A stretch of 62,814 nt of DNA, from positions 1 to 62,814 of the forward strand of contig JBHLLF010000010.1 in the NCBI GenBank assembly GCA_048885865.1, given 5' to 3'. The translations under genes and the position numbers were made by a program. Below, in pieces: positions 1 through 10,512 of this stretch (the stretch's first letter is position 1; each line of letters opens with the position of its first letter). Under the pieces are notes generated by a model that worked only from the letters and a program-made list of their open reading frames with translations, was not told where the DNA came from and ran no database searches. Origin of the DNA: Candidatus Hermodarchaeota archaeon. Lineage in GTDB: Archaea > Asgardarchaeota > Thorarchaeia > Thorarchaeales > Thorarchaeaceae.

Positions 1-88
1 CACCACGTCTTTTATTCTAGCACTCGCAGTCAGTATAACGCGATGCTATCAGCCAGTGAGATAAGCCTGACGGTCTTCTACAATCAAG

Positions 89-1063
89 CTAGTATTTGAC
101 ACCAAGCTTCTTTGAGAGCTTATCAAGCATCTCTTTGACCATGGCAGGAAGGTCGTAGTCTGGCTTCCAGCCCCACTCTTCTTTGGCAACACTGTCGTCC
201 AAAGACATTGGCCAAGAATCAGCTATCGCTTGGCGGAAGTCAGGCTCGTAATCAATCTCAAACTCAGGAATGTGCTTCTTGATTTCCTCAGCCAATTCAG
301 CTGGTGTGAAGCTGAATGCAGTGACATTGAATGTGCGGTGTTTCAGCTTCTCGTTATCCGCCTCCATGAGATCGATTGTTGACTTGATGCAATCAGGCAT
401 AAACATCATGGGCAATTTGGTATCAGGTCCTAGGAAGCAGGTGTACTTTTTCTCTTTCAAAGCTTCATAGAAGATTGCAACCGCATAATCTGTGGTGCCG
501 CCTCCTGGAAGCGCCTCGGCGCTAATGACTCCGGGGTAGCGCAGCGAGCGGAAATCAATGCCATATCTCTGATTGTAGTACTCACCGAACAGCTCGACGA
601 AAACTTTGGTCACACCATACATGCTAGTGGGTCGAGTAATCACATCATTTGGGGTGTTATCGCGTGGTGTTGATGGACCAAAGGCCGCAATGGAGCTAGG
701 CACTAAGGCTTGTCCGAGGCCTAGAATCCGTACAGCCTCCATCACATTGTAGGTCCCTTCGACGTTGGTGCGATAGGCAAGCTGGGGATTTTTCTCTCCT
801 GTGGCTGATAGTACAGATGCATTGTGAATGACTATGTCGACATCATAGTCAACCAGCATGCTATGGAGTTGATTCTCGTCAAGGATATCCAATCTATAGT
901 AAGGTCCATCTTCCGTTAGAATTGCGGGAGGTTTTTTTCTCCCAGTTGCGAGAACGTTCTCTCCTCCATACTTTTTCCTTAGAACTCCGACTAGTTCGGT
1001 TCCAATTTGTCCATAGCTGCCAGTTACAAGTATACGCGTCATATTGCCACTCACCCGTTTCAC
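89..1063 (-). CDS. tdh: L-threonine 3-dehydrogenase (extended SDR / NAD-dependent epimerase type)
   Basis: TGSYGQIG Rossmann motif, YGVTK catalytic motif, and PGGGTTDYAV plus RQAIADSWP typical of SDR-type Thr dehydrogenase; true start may be MTRILVTG. Confidence 0.85.
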   Translation of the reverse strand: MKRVSGNMTRILVTGSYGQIGTELVGVLRKKYGGENVLATGRKKPPAILTEDGPYYRLDILDENQLHSMLVDYDVDIVIHNASVLSATGEKNPQLAYRTNVEGTYNVMEAVRILGLGQALVPSSIAAFGPSTPRDNTPNDVITRPTSMYGVTKVFVELFGEYYNQRYGIDFRSLRYPGVISAEALPGGGTTDYAVAIFYEALKEKKYTCFLGPDTKLPMMFMPDCIKSTIDLMEADNEKLKHRTFNVTAFSFTPAELAEEIKKHIPEFEIDYEPDFRQAIADSWPMSLDDSVAKEEWGWKPDYDLPAMVKEMLDKLSKKLGVKY

Positions 1064-1303
1064 TTGGAAGCATACGATACTGCCGCCAATCTCGACTCTG
1101 AGGCCAAAGGAGCCTAGATAAAAAGCTTAGGGGGCATATTGTTCATGCGTTGCGCGCGGATTAGAGCTGCTTTTCGCGATTTACTCTGTTCTAAAGTTAG
1201 TCTCTTATCTCCTTCTACAGCCAAGTCCTTTTGAGGCTAATTATAATCACGAACCTCTCTCTGTTTCCTTCCGTAGGAGGGGGGTACTAGAGGGGTATGT
1301 GAA

Positions 1304-2644
1304 CTACCATCGTCCCATTTCATCTATCAGGTATACTAACCTAAGCATGCCCTTTCGAAAGTTCTCGATTTTGATGCTTTCATTTGGTGAATGACCCTTT
1401 GAATCAAAATCAGACACCCCAATTGATACCATTGGTACATAGTCCTTGAAGATATACAATGGCCCAGAACCCGGACTTGTCGGATGTACTCGAAGCTTGT
1501 CAAACACTTTCGCATTTGCTCTCCGCACCACATCTACGAAAGGATGGTCCACAGGAGTTTTTCCGGCAGGGTACCCCTCATACCAAAGAAACTTGATATC
1601 AGAAAAGCCATGGTCATCAAGATGCTTCCTGAATTTTCTCCTGATATCCTCAGGATCCATCCCCTCAACAAGTCTGAAGTCTATTTTTGCGGAAGCCTTC
1701 CCTGGAAGCACAGTCATCGACCCCTCACCCTGGTAGCCACTTGTTAGCCCGCAGATAGTACACGTGGGAGCATTATAATAGGCTTCCTTGAAATCCCGCC
1801 CAGTCATGTCATTAAGAAACTCCTTGATCCCATAGTTCGCTTTGATGTCTTCCTCTCGCAGGTCGATTTTGTCTATTGCATTCCATTCAGCATCAGTGAG
1901 GGGTTTTATGCCATCATAGAATCCGTCAATCAGGATCTTGTGGTCTGCAGCTTTTAGTGATTCCAGAGCCATCACTAGGCGTTGAGGTGCTGACGGAAGG
2001 ACACACCCCATACTTGAGTGCACGTCTCTAGTAAGAAGTTCAATCTCCAACTGAACATAGAAGATGCCCTTTAGTCCCAGCCATGCCTCCTGAACGCCAT
2101 CATAACCCTCACCCCCAAACTCCCAAACGCCGCCATCGGCATTCATGAATTCTTTGTTCTTCTCTACAAATTCTGGAAAGTGAATGCTACCAATCTCCTC
2201 CTCGCCTTCGAAGATACACTTGATGTTCACTGGGAGATCCGTACCGGTGTCAATGTACGCCTTGAGTGCCCAAAGCCTAGATATCGTGTCACCTTTATTG
2301 TCAGCAACACCGCGGCCATAGATTCGTCCCTCTCGTATGTCTGGCTCGAATGGCGGGGTCTCCCATAGATCGAATGGCTCTGCAGGTTGAACATCATAGT
2401 GATCGTAGAACATCAGGGTTCTTTCGGCATCAACATCAAGAAATCCAGTAACAACCGGTGCCCCTGTAATCTCATGGATCTCGGCTTCAAGCCCTAGTGC
2501 TTCCAATTTCCCTCTGAGAAACTCTGCGGTCTCATAGAGACCTTCGTTCTTTGCCGCAACTGAAGGGATTCGAACAATCTCCTTCAATTCCTCAATTGCA
2601 TTGTCAATGTTCTTTTCTATGTGCTCGAGGACTTCCACGATCAT
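1304..2644 (-). CDS. M20/M25/M40 metallopeptidase (ArgE/DapE-like dipeptidase)
   Basis: HYDVQP, GRGVADNKG, EGEEEIGS and C-terminal HSPNE metal ligands. Confidence 0.9.
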   Translation of the reverse strand: MIVEVLEHIEKNIDNAIEELKEIVRIPSVAAKNEGLYETAEFLRGKLEALGLEAEIHEITGAPVVTGFLDVDAERTLMFYDHYDVQPAEPFDLWETPPFEPDIREGRIYGRGVADNKGDTISRLWALKAYIDTGTDLPVNIKCIFEGEEEIGSIHFPEFVEKNKEFMNADGGVWEFGGEGYDGVQEAWLGLKGIFYVQLEIELLTRDVHSSMGCVLPSAPQRLVMALESLKAADHKILIDGFYDGIKPLTDAEWNAIDKIDLREEDIKANYGIKEFLNDMTGRDFKEAYYNAPTCTICGLTSGYQGEGSMTVLPGKASAKIDFRLVEGMDPEDIRRKFRKHLDDHGFSDIKFLWYEGYPAGKTPVDHPFVDVVRRANAKVFDKLRVHPTSPGSGPLYIFKDYVPMVSIGVSDFDSKGHSPNESIKIENFRKGMLRLVYLIDEMGRW

Positions 2645-2684
2645 ATGAATCGACCGCAGGGTCTATGCCATCGGCAGATGAAAT

Positions 2685-4004
2685 ATGCTCTTGTTCATGC
2701 CGCCTGCATTGATGGACAGATTTACCTGCATTTGTATTCTATTTGAGATGAATCGTATGAATCTCAATACTGTGTACGCTGTCCTAGCCACTATTCTGCT
2801 CATAGCTCCGATGACGCTAGGAACCGACATGGTAATTCATACATCAGCGGCTTACCCTGACTACTTTCCACTGGATGAATGGAGGACTTCGACACCAGAA
2901 CTTCAGAACATGGATCCCGCGATATTGCATAATATGCTGGAATACTATCAGACCAACAATGTCAGCATCGATGGCATTGTGATTGTGAAGAATGGTTATG
3001 TGATCATGGAAGAATATCCATCTGCCTACGGACCGAATTCAACTCATCAAATCTTCTCATGCACCAAAAGCATCACTTCAACGCTTTTCGGGATTGCGAT
3101 TGATTATGGTTACATAAATGGAGTAAACGAAAGCGTGCTTGATTTCTTCGATGACCGACCTATTGAAAATATGGACAGTCGAAAGAATTCAATAACCGTA
3201 AAGCACCTTCTTACAATGACTGCAGGCTTTGAATGGGCCGAACTATACCGAGAGAGTGAAAGCGACTTTGATCAGATGACTAGAACATCAGACTGGGTGC
3301 AATATGTTTTGGACCGTCCAATGGAATCTGAGCCCGGTCTGAAGTTTGTGTATAACTCGGGAGCATCACATCTTCTTTCTGCAATTCTGCAAATTGCCAC
3401 AGGAGTAACAATGTCAGAATTTGCCCGGACGCATCTATTCAGCCTCCTTGGAATTCAAGATTTCGAATGGTCTGAGGATTCCGAAGGGATTACAAATGGC
3501 GGCACACAGCTGAGACTCCGGCCTCTTGACATGGCCAAGATAGGCTATTTGCATCTTAGAAATGGTCAATGGGATGGAGAACAGATTCTATCGCCTGGAT
3601 GGATTGATGATGCAACATCACCTTTTGTAAATACGACATTGAGAGAAGCTCCTGGACTCATTGAAAGTATCGGATACGGTTACCAATGGTGGGTTCATTC
3701 AGAATTGGGTGCGTACTCTGCGTTTGGATGGGGCGGACAAAGCATCATAATAGTCCCTGAACATGATATCGTGGCAGTTGTAACTGCAAGAAGTTCTGAT
3801 CCTTCTATATACGCTAGCAGGATTCTTGCTCAATGGATTCTACCTGCAGCTGGAGAGGAAGTCAACGAGCCGAAATACTCTGATCCATTGGCGCAGTATA
3901 TTTTTGGTAGCTCTGCAGCACTATTCTTCAGCCTCATAATAATCACAATGCCATTACCTATTGCTCTGGTCCTTGTCAAAGAATTGCCTGAAGATTCCAC
4001 ATGA
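2685..4004 (+). CDS. Secreted, C-terminally anchored serine hydrolase (beta-lactamase/S12 family)
   Basis: SCTK (SxxK), LLTMTAG, YNS, YGYQWW; signal peptide and C-terminal TM; start likely downstream (MNRMN/MNLN). Confidence 0.85.
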   Translation: MLLFMPPALMDRFTCICILFEMNRMNLNTVYAVLATILLIAPMTLGTDMVIHTSAAYPDYFPLDEWRTSTPELQNMDPAILHNMLEYYQTNNVSIDGIVIVKNGYVIMEEYPSAYGPNSTHQIFSCTKSITSTLFGIAIDYGYINGVNESVLDFFDDRPIENMDSRKNSITVKHLLTMTAGFEWAELYRESESDFDQMTRTSDWVQYVLDRPMESEPGLKFVYNSGASHLLSAILQIATGVTMSEFARTHLFSLLGIQDFEWSEDSEGITNGGTQLRLRPLDMAKIGYLHLRNGQWDGEQILSPGWIDDATSPFVNTTLREAPGLIESIGYGYQWWVHSELGAYSAFGWGGQSIIIVPEHDIVAVVTARSSDPSIYASRILAQWILPAAGEEVNEPKYSDPLAQYIFGSSAALFFSLIIITMPLPIALVLVKELPEDST

Positions 4005-4114
4005 TGATTCTTATGAGCAATTCCCACAACTTCTTGTTTCGACTCACGCTGATGGCAAAAGAAACCTCCGAGAATCCTTATCAGTCGAGGTTCTACCTCT
4101 GGATCTAGTACAAA

Positions 4115-4924
4115 TTGGGCGGCTTGGCTGTGCGTATACTGCAAGGTAGCTCCTTTGACATGGATAGTGTAATCACTTTCATGCAACAACAGGCTCAAAG
4201 AAAAGGAGTCCTTAGAAGAGAGCAGGTGGAAGAAATAGCGATTTCCCCTCCGTTGTTAAGACCCTTTAGAGAAGTCCTATGGGATTTGAGGGAGGACGTT
4301 TCTGATTGTAGGTCATTAATCGACGAATCCATCTCACATGTGTCTCTCACGCCAGACCAGCAACTACTTCTTTGGAGACCTCGATACGCACATTTTGACT
4401 GGATTGATGATGATAGCGCACATAACATGGCCAATTTCAATCCTGATGATTCTTATGTCCAGGCTCTAATTGACGATCTATTGGAACGCAGAATGACTGC
4501 GCTGAGAGACCTAGACGAATCTGAAGTTGAAGTTAGGAAATCGCAAGCTGCTAAAAAATCGGCTTTGGCTTTCCTTATTCCCAGGTCCCCCGGCTCTATT
4601 AGGAAACAGGAAGAAATGGAAGAAGGACGCCGACCTAGTCAGGGAATTCTTGTCGCATCATCATTAGTCATGAATTGTCCACAGAACAGCAGAGTAGTAC
4701 GAGGCAAGCTCGGACCACGCTTTTGGGTGCGCACAATGATGACAGAGTTTCGGAACCTTGAAACACAAACTTCAAGATTCGTATTTCTAGAATCGCCAAC
4801 CTCCTCTTCATTGCGGGAAGCAGTTTCATTCGGTCGAGCACTGACTCGTCTTTGCCAGCTGAATGAGAACGCTAAGAGTCTTGTTCATCGACAATTTTCA
4901 GTCCTTGGTTCGACAGATTCCTAG
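4115..4924 (+). CDS. Hypothetical protein
   Basis: 269-aa ORF with no recognisable motif; likely start ATG 4160. Confidence 0.6.
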   Translation: MGGLAVRILQGSSFDMDSVITFMQQQAQRKGVLRREQVEEIAISPPLLRPFREVLWDLREDVSDCRSLIDESISHVSLTPDQQLLLWRPRYAHFDWIDDDSAHNMANFNPDDSYVQALIDDLLERRMTALRDLDESEVEVRKSQAAKKSALAFLIPRSPGSIRKQEEMEEGRRPSQGILVASSLVMNCPQNSRVVRGKLGPRFWVRTMMTEFRNLETQTSRFVFLESPTSSSLREAVSFGRALTRLCQLNENAKSLVHRQFSVLGSTDS

Positions 4925-5073
4925 TATTATCTTACGCAGAACGAAAGTATATTGAGGATTGGAATGTTCGAAATCCTTAAACATGTGGTTTACACTTGTT
5001 TTCTACTGCATTCCTGGGAAGGCCTGTTCTTTCCGGTTCTTTCCGGTGAGTCGCAGGAGTGGAGAGAAAATTA

Positions 5074-6843
5074 ATGAAAAAGCAACAGATTGCATGTCTT
5101 GTTCTAGCAGCTTTCCTAGTCCTTCCTGTTGCAGGTGTGCCCGTTGTAGCGCAATTAGACGTTACACCCGAGTTGAGCTTCCCGTTGTGGACGCTTTCCT
5201 GGGATGATATCAGCGTGGCAACTGGCACAGGAATCAAAGTACTGCTTGACGACATAGGCATCAATGTAAACGTCGAGATCAAAGATGATGATCCGATGTA
5301 TGAAGGAATCTATCAGGAACCCAGAGTGTTCCAGATGTATGAGATGAGTGAAGGTTTTGGCAGCGTGCCCGACCGACTCTGGTCCTTCTGTCACTCGGAG
5401 AACATCGTTGACTGGGGTAGCAACCCATTCGGTCTGGACAATGCAACATTTGACGCAGCCATAGAAGATTTTCTGGGCGCAACACCGTCCGAGGTTGCAG
5501 AGAAAGCTAGAGTGATTCAGGTGATGGCAAAGGAGAATATTGCATACATTCCCCTATTCCTATCAGATGACACTCACGCAATAAGAAATGAATGGACCAA
5601 CTACACATTGAAGAATGGTGGAATCTTCACCTCGTTCAACCCACAGACCATGATCTTCATGTACAACACAAGCAATGTGAGAGTGGATACAGGACTTACA
5701 AACACCTTCATCATGGCATTTCCATCAGACATCGCTGAGCTAAATCCATTCTTCTGGCGCAGCGAGCGATCACATTGGTATGATATGTTGGTGTACGACA
5801 CGCTGATATCATACGATTTGGAACTCAATCCAATTCCCTGGTTGGCTGAATCATATGTGGTTGCTGACGACGGTATGGAGGTCAACTTCACACTCAGGTC
5901 AAATGCATTTTGGCATGACGGCAACCCGGTGACACCAGAGGACGTCAAGTTCTCATTTGAGTATATGAGAGACGGTCCCGAAGATGGTGTTGCATGGACC
6001 TTCATGCAGCATGTCACGGAAGTAAACATAGATGGTATGGTCATATCTGTGGAAATTGACACACCATGGGCTTTTGCCCTCAATGAGCTTGGCGAAATCT
6101 ACATCCTGCCAAAGCATATACGTGAAGGAATCCCATCTGATGATATCGGTTGGGATGATCCCGATAACGCCACCAAGCACATTGGTTCTGGACCATTCGA
6201 GTTCTATGCCCGTGTGGAGGATGAGTACACAACTGTGATCAGAAATGATCTATGGTGGGGTCCAGACAATCCTAACGTTGGACAGAGGCCCAACATCGAA
6301 GAGGTGCGGATTGACGTAGTCAGAGGACAAGATGCTCGGATACTTGCCATGAGGAACGGAGACGCTGATACTGAAAGGTATGAGGTCTTTGGAGCCTATG
6401 TGAATACTATCCTGAATGCCCCCGAGCTTGATCTCGTCACAGGACTGCCATCTCAATGGGACTACTACATTGGATTCAACCTGACCATTCCAGGCCTCGA
6501 CGACATTGAAGTACGACGTGCAATAGCATACGCCATGGACAGAGAATACCTAGTTCAAGTAGGAAGACTTGGATTTGGGACTATCACAAACAACACGATG
6601 CCAACCACATTCTATCCTGCCTACTATCATCCTGATGGAGCCTGGCCGGATATAGATGTCGACATGGCAAATCAGATTCTGGATGACGCTGGTTATCTTG
6701 ACATAGACAACGATGGCATCCGAGAATTTCCAGGCGCATCACTTCCTGAACCAGGTCCTGATCTTCTCCTCATTGCAGGCATAGGAGCAGGAGCGCTCTT
6801 GGTAGGTGTTCTCGTAACATACATCTTCTTGAGAAAGAAGTAG
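5074..6843 (+). CDS. oppA: Peptide ABC transporter solute-binding protein (family 5), circularly permuted, C-terminal TM anchor
   Basis: VYDTL, PWLAESY, WHDGNPVTPEDVKFSF, GSGPF, VRRAIAYAMDRE; first gene of oppABCDF; signal peptide after ATG 5074. Confidence 0.9.
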   Translation: MKKQQIACLVLAAFLVLPVAGVPVVAQLDVTPELSFPLWTLSWDDISVATGTGIKVLLDDIGINVNVEIKDDDPMYEGIYQEPRVFQMYEMSEGFGSVPDRLWSFCHSENIVDWGSNPFGLDNATFDAAIEDFLGATPSEVAEKARVIQVMAKENIAYIPLFLSDDTHAIRNEWTNYTLKNGGIFTSFNPQTMIFMYNTSNVRVDTGLTNTFIMAFPSDIAELNPFFWRSERSHWYDMLVYDTLISYDLELNPIPWLAESYVVADDGMEVNFTLRSNAFWHDGNPVTPEDVKFSFEYMRDGPEDGVAWTFMQHVTEVNIDGMVISVEIDTPWAFALNELGEIYILPKHIREGIPSDDIGWDDPDNATKHIGSGPFEFYARVEDEYTTVIRNDLWWGPDNPNVGQRPNIEEVRIDVVRGQDARILAMRNGDADTERYEVFGAYVNTILNAPELDLVTGLPSQWDYYIGFNLTIPGLDDIEVRRAIAYAMDREYLVQVGRLGFGTITNNTMPTTFYPAYYHPDGAWPDIDVDMANQILDDAGYLDIDNDGIREFPGASLPEPGPDLLLIAGIGAGALLVGVLVTYIFLRKK

Positions 6844-6856
6844 AGTCTAATGAAAA

Positions 6857-6881
6857 GGAGGAGCAGAAGGTCTGCTCTTCC
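6857..6881 (+). terminator. Stem-loop after oppA (terminator or mRNA stabiliser)
   Basis: GGAGGAGCAGA-AGG-TCTGCTCTTCC followed by a pyrimidine tract. Confidence 0.55.
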
Positions 6882-6982
6882 CTTCTCTTATTTTCTGGAA
6901 CATCATGTATCTACGTTGTCCGATATCCTTTAAGGGGCAAGTTCCATCTTTATCGAACCCATAGAGAGAGAGGTAATGCAAG

Positions 6983-7975
6983 ATGGCTAGCCGAAAATCA
7001 CTAGGTACAAGACGCTATATCCTTCAACGCCTAGGACAGACAGTATTGATCCTATTCGTCATCATAACTGTGAATTTCTTCATATTTCGAATAATGCCCG
7101 GCGATCCAAGAGCGTCTCTCATTCGTGAAAACATGCCTCCCGAACTCCGGCAGGCAATAGTAAGTAGATTCGGGCTAGATAGACCTCTCCTGGAGCAATT
7201 TGTGCTCTATATTTCCAATCTCCTCCAAGGCGATTTGGGCTTCTCATTCTCACATTTCGGTGAACCTGTTATGGAAACTATTTTCGGACATAGGTTCATG
7301 AATACCTTTGTATTGATGGGAGCCTCGCTAATCATCTCAACCATTGTTGGTATGTTCTTCGGTGTCATTGCCGCAGCGCGAAGAGATAGTAAACTTGACA
7401 CAGGTTCAACAGTGTTCTTTCTCGTAGCCTACTCCATCCCGGTGTTCTGGATAGGCTTGTTGATGCTCCTGTTCTTCGGATTCTATTTCAATCTAATCCC
7501 CATCGCAGGGACCATAACCCGAGGCTATGTTCATGTCAATTTCCTGGACTTCATCCGTGATTACGCCTGGCATATGGCTGGTCCGTGCATTGTACTCACC
7601 CTGTCGTTTATAGGAGGCTTCTATCTGATAATGCGTGATACAGTCCTAGACGTATTTACTCAGGACTATATGTTGGCCGCGCGTGCGAAAGGGCTCAAAG
7701 AGCGCACTATTCTCTATGGTCATGCCATGCGCAATGCTATGCTGCCTATGGTTAGTGTAATCGCGGTAAACATTCCATATCTCATTGGCGGGGCAATTAT
7801 GACTGAGTTCGTGTTTAGCTGGGAAGGATTGGGATTGCTGACATATGACTCAGTTCTTTCAAAGGACTATCCAGTATTGCAGGGAATATTCCTATTCTAC
7901 ACTGCTGTGACTGTCATAGCAAACCTTGCTGCGGATCTCATCTATCTCTACCTGGATCCACGTATACGATATTAG
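6983..7975 (+). CDS. oppB: Peptide ABC permease OppB/DppB
   Basis: PGDP, FGLDRPL, ARAKGL EAA loop, HAMRNA, DYPVLQG, DPRIRY. Confidence 0.92.
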   Translation: MASRKSLGTRRYILQRLGQTVLILFVIITVNFFIFRIMPGDPRASLIRENMPPELRQAIVSRFGLDRPLLEQFVLYISNLLQGDLGFSFSHFGEPVMETIFGHRFMNTFVLMGASLIISTIVGMFFGVIAAARRDSKLDTGSTVFFLVAYSIPVFWIGLLMLLFFGFYFNLIPIAGTITRGYVHVNFLDFIRDYAWHMAGPCIVLTLSFIGGFYLIMRDTVLDVFTQDYMLAARAKGLKERTILYGHAMRNAMLPMVSVIAVNIPYLIGGAIMTEFVFSWEGLGLLTYDSVLSKDYPVLQGIFLFYTAVTVIANLAADLIYLYLDPRIRY

Positions 7976-7988
7976 GAGGAGGAAAGTC

Positions 7989-9533
7989 GTGACGGATTCT
8001 GATACCCAAGCAGCCACTCTTGATTACCAGCCACAGCAAATGCCCGAGATACCACCCAAGGCATGGCATGTTCGTCTAGTGGGCATTGGTGCTGTTATTC
8101 TTATGGCTGCATTCACCGTCTTCGCTACAGACGCAGCCATTGGCTATGCCGCGCAATGGGTGGCAGTTGCGTTTGCAGGATTGAACTTTGCTAATGCATC
8201 AGCCTATACTCTTGTGGTTCGCATCATAGGGATTATTCTGATTGTGATGGTATTATGGATTGGATTCCTGGGTAGACAGGTCTATGAGAAAAGACCGGGA
8301 AGAATTGCATCCAAGCTATTGCAGGCTGGTATCGCCTGGTTTGTTGTTATTACAATAAGCACAGGGGCGGGGTTGATTACATTCTTTGGATTGTTCCTTT
8401 GGACGCCGCGACAGATATCTCATTGGTCAACAAGGAAATTGTCGTACTACCATTTCTCGGTCGTTGGTATCATAGGCACTTGGATTGGATTAGAGATGTT
8501 CCTCACCCAGGATGTTGTCGGTGCTAATATTCTCCCAAGGATTCTATCACCACCATTGGGTGTTCTTCTGTCCCGAGTTGAATTGGAGATTATCTCCTTG
8601 AGTGCTATGTTTCTCGTGATACCACTGTTCGTGCTATTGCCCAGAGTATTGAAGAGCATATACAGTCTACGACGAGGGATCGAATCGTTCTGGGCAGACT
8701 TCGTTAGAGACCGTATGGGTCTGTTTGGGTTTGCAGTGATACTGGCAATCGTGCTTCTTGCCGTATTTGCTCCTTTTATCGCACCATATCACTGGTCATA
8801 TGTGTCGACCAACCCAGCGGACTTCTATGGACCTCCTACTCCTGAGCATATATTTGGAACAAACCAAGATGGTTCAGACATTTATAGCAGAGTGATCTGG
8901 GGTACGCAAATCTCTCTCATTGTTGGATTCTCAGCAAGCATTGTGGCTGTCTTAATTGGCACCATAATAGGACTGGTTTCAGGCTACTATGGTGGCTTCC
9001 TCGATTCAATTCTGATGCGGATTACAGACATATTCCTATGCCTGCCTTATCTTCCACTGATGTTGATTTTCCTAGTGTTGTTCGGGCAAGGACTGCAGAA
9101 TGTGATTTTGGTTATCGCGATTCTTGGATGGACCGGAACAGCACGAATGGTCCGGAGTGAAGCGCTTTCATTACGCGAACGGCCCCTTACAGAGGCGGCT
9201 CATGCGATAGGGGCATCAGACAGTTACATTCTATTTCGTCACATTCTGCCCAACACTCTTCCGCTTATACTGGCAAATGTAATCATAGGCGTTGTGGCTG
9301 CTATTCTTAGCGAAGCTGGTATTGCTTTCCTTGGATTTGTAGACATTCATGGTCAGCCTAGCTGGGGAATCGTACTCCATTGGGCATCCAAAGGTGGCGC
9401 ATTAGTGAATCACAGCTGGTGGTGGATCATCCCCCCTGGGGTCATGATCATGCTTACAACATTGGGTTTCGCCTTCGTAAGTCACGCAGCCGATAAGGTC
9501 GTCAATCCGCGTCTTCGAGGGAGGGGAGGATAA
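7989..9533 (+). CDS. oppC: Peptide ABC permease OppC/DppC with extra N-terminal TM domain
   Basis: HIFGTNQDGSD, EAAHAIGAS, RHILPN, NPRLR; GTG 7989 follows AGGAGGAGG. Confidence 0.88.
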   Translation: MTDSDTQAATLDYQPQQMPEIPPKAWHVRLVGIGAVILMAAFTVFATDAAIGYAAQWVAVAFAGLNFANASAYTLVVRIIGIILIVMVLWIGFLGRQVYEKRPGRIASKLLQAGIAWFVVITISTGAGLITFFGLFLWTPRQISHWSTRKLSYYHFSVVGIIGTWIGLEMFLTQDVVGANILPRILSPPLGVLLSRVELEIISLSAMFLVIPLFVLLPRVLKSIYSLRRGIESFWADFVRDRMGLFGFAVILAIVLLAVFAPFIAPYHWSYVSTNPADFYGPPTPEHIFGTNQDGSDIYSRVIWGTQISLIVGFSASIVAVLIGTIIGLVSGYYGGFLDSILMRITDIFLCLPYLPLMLIFLVLFGQGLQNVILVIAILGWTGTARMVRSEALSLRERPLTEAAHAIGASDSYILFRHILPNTLPLILANVIIGVVAAILSEAGIAFLGFVDIHGQPSWGIVLHWASKGGALVNHSWWWIIPPGVMIMLTTLGFAFVSHAADKVVNPRLRGRGG

Positions 9534-9534
9534 C

Positions 9535-10512
9535 GTGCCCGTTCTTGAGCTTCGAAACCTGACCACTCACTACTACCTAGGAGGAAAGCCAGTTAGAGCT
9601 GTCGAGAACGTATCACTCAATATTGACAGACAGGAAACATTGGGCCTCGCAGGAGAATCAGGGTGCGGCAAGACCACGACAGCTTACAGTATCTTGCGAA
9701 TACTTCCTGAGAATGGCAAGATTGTCGACGGACAGATTATACTGGATGGAGAAGACCTCATCAAGAAGACTATGGAAGAAATGAGACAGATTCGATGGAG
9801 AAGTGCATCAATCGTATTTCAATATGCTATGAACGCATTCAATCCTGTCTTGCGCATTGGGGCTCAGATAATCGAAGTGATGCGGGAGAAAGGGAATATC
9901 TCAGAAGAGGATGCTTCGGCCAAAGTCAAGTCGCTCTTTGATGAAGTCGGACTGGAACCCAAACGAGTCATGGATTATCCTCACGAGTTCAGTGGCGGGA
10001 TGTTACAGCGTGCTATCATCGCTCAAGCTCTAGCATGTGATCCAAAGCTAATCATAGCCGATGAACCGGTGACTGCTCTTGATGTTGTGGTGCAAAACAA
10101 GATTCTCGACTTGCTTAGAAAGCTACAGAAGAAATACGACCTTGCAGTTCTCTTCATAACCCATGATCTGTCAGTCGTGGCCGAAAACTGCACAAACACT
10201 GGGATCATGTACGCCGGCAACATTGTGGAGCTGGGAACAACAAAAGCAGTGTTCAAAGAGTCGTTTCATCCCTACACCTACAAACTGATTGGGGCTTTCC
10301 CAAGCATAAAAGGACCCAAGCGTCATCTCGAGTTCATACCAGGTTCGCCGCCCAATCTGCTTTATCCTCCACCTGGCTGCAAATTCCATCCTAGATGCCC
10401 TTATGCCCAAGACATATGCAAGGTAGAGTTTCCCGAATTCAGAGAGCTTGAACCAGGACATTTCGCTAGATGCCATTTCGCAGGGCAGCTTGATTTCGAG
10501 AGTGATGCATAA
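9535..10512 (+). CDS. oppD: Peptide ABC ATPase OppD/DppD
   Basis: GESGCGKT, FSGGMLQR, IADEP, ITHD, C-terminal Cys cluster. Confidence 0.93.
   Translation: MPVLELRNLTTHYYLGGKPVRAVENVSLNIDRQETLGLAGESGCGKTTTAYSILRILPENGKIVDGQIILDGEDLIKKTMEEMRQIRWRSASIVFQYAMNAFNPVLRIGAQIIEVMREKGNISEEDASAKVKSLFDEVGLEPKRVMDYPHEFSGGMLQRAIIAQALACDPKLIIADEPVTALDVVVQNKILDLLRKLQKKYDLAVLFITHDLSVVAENCTNTGIMYAGNIVELGTTKAVFKESFHPYTYKLIGAFPSIKGPKRHLEFIPGSPPNLLYPPPGCKFHPRCPYAQDICKVEFPEFRELEPGHFARCHFAGQLDFESDA

Noticed and set aside
4001-4924. ATG 4001 (ATGA overlap with the upstream stop) is in frame with ORF 4115-4924 across a single TAG at 4106; possible pyrrolysine or read-through
   Set aside because: No pyl genes in the window, the extension has no recognisable features, and ATG 4160 is an adequate start; probably chance
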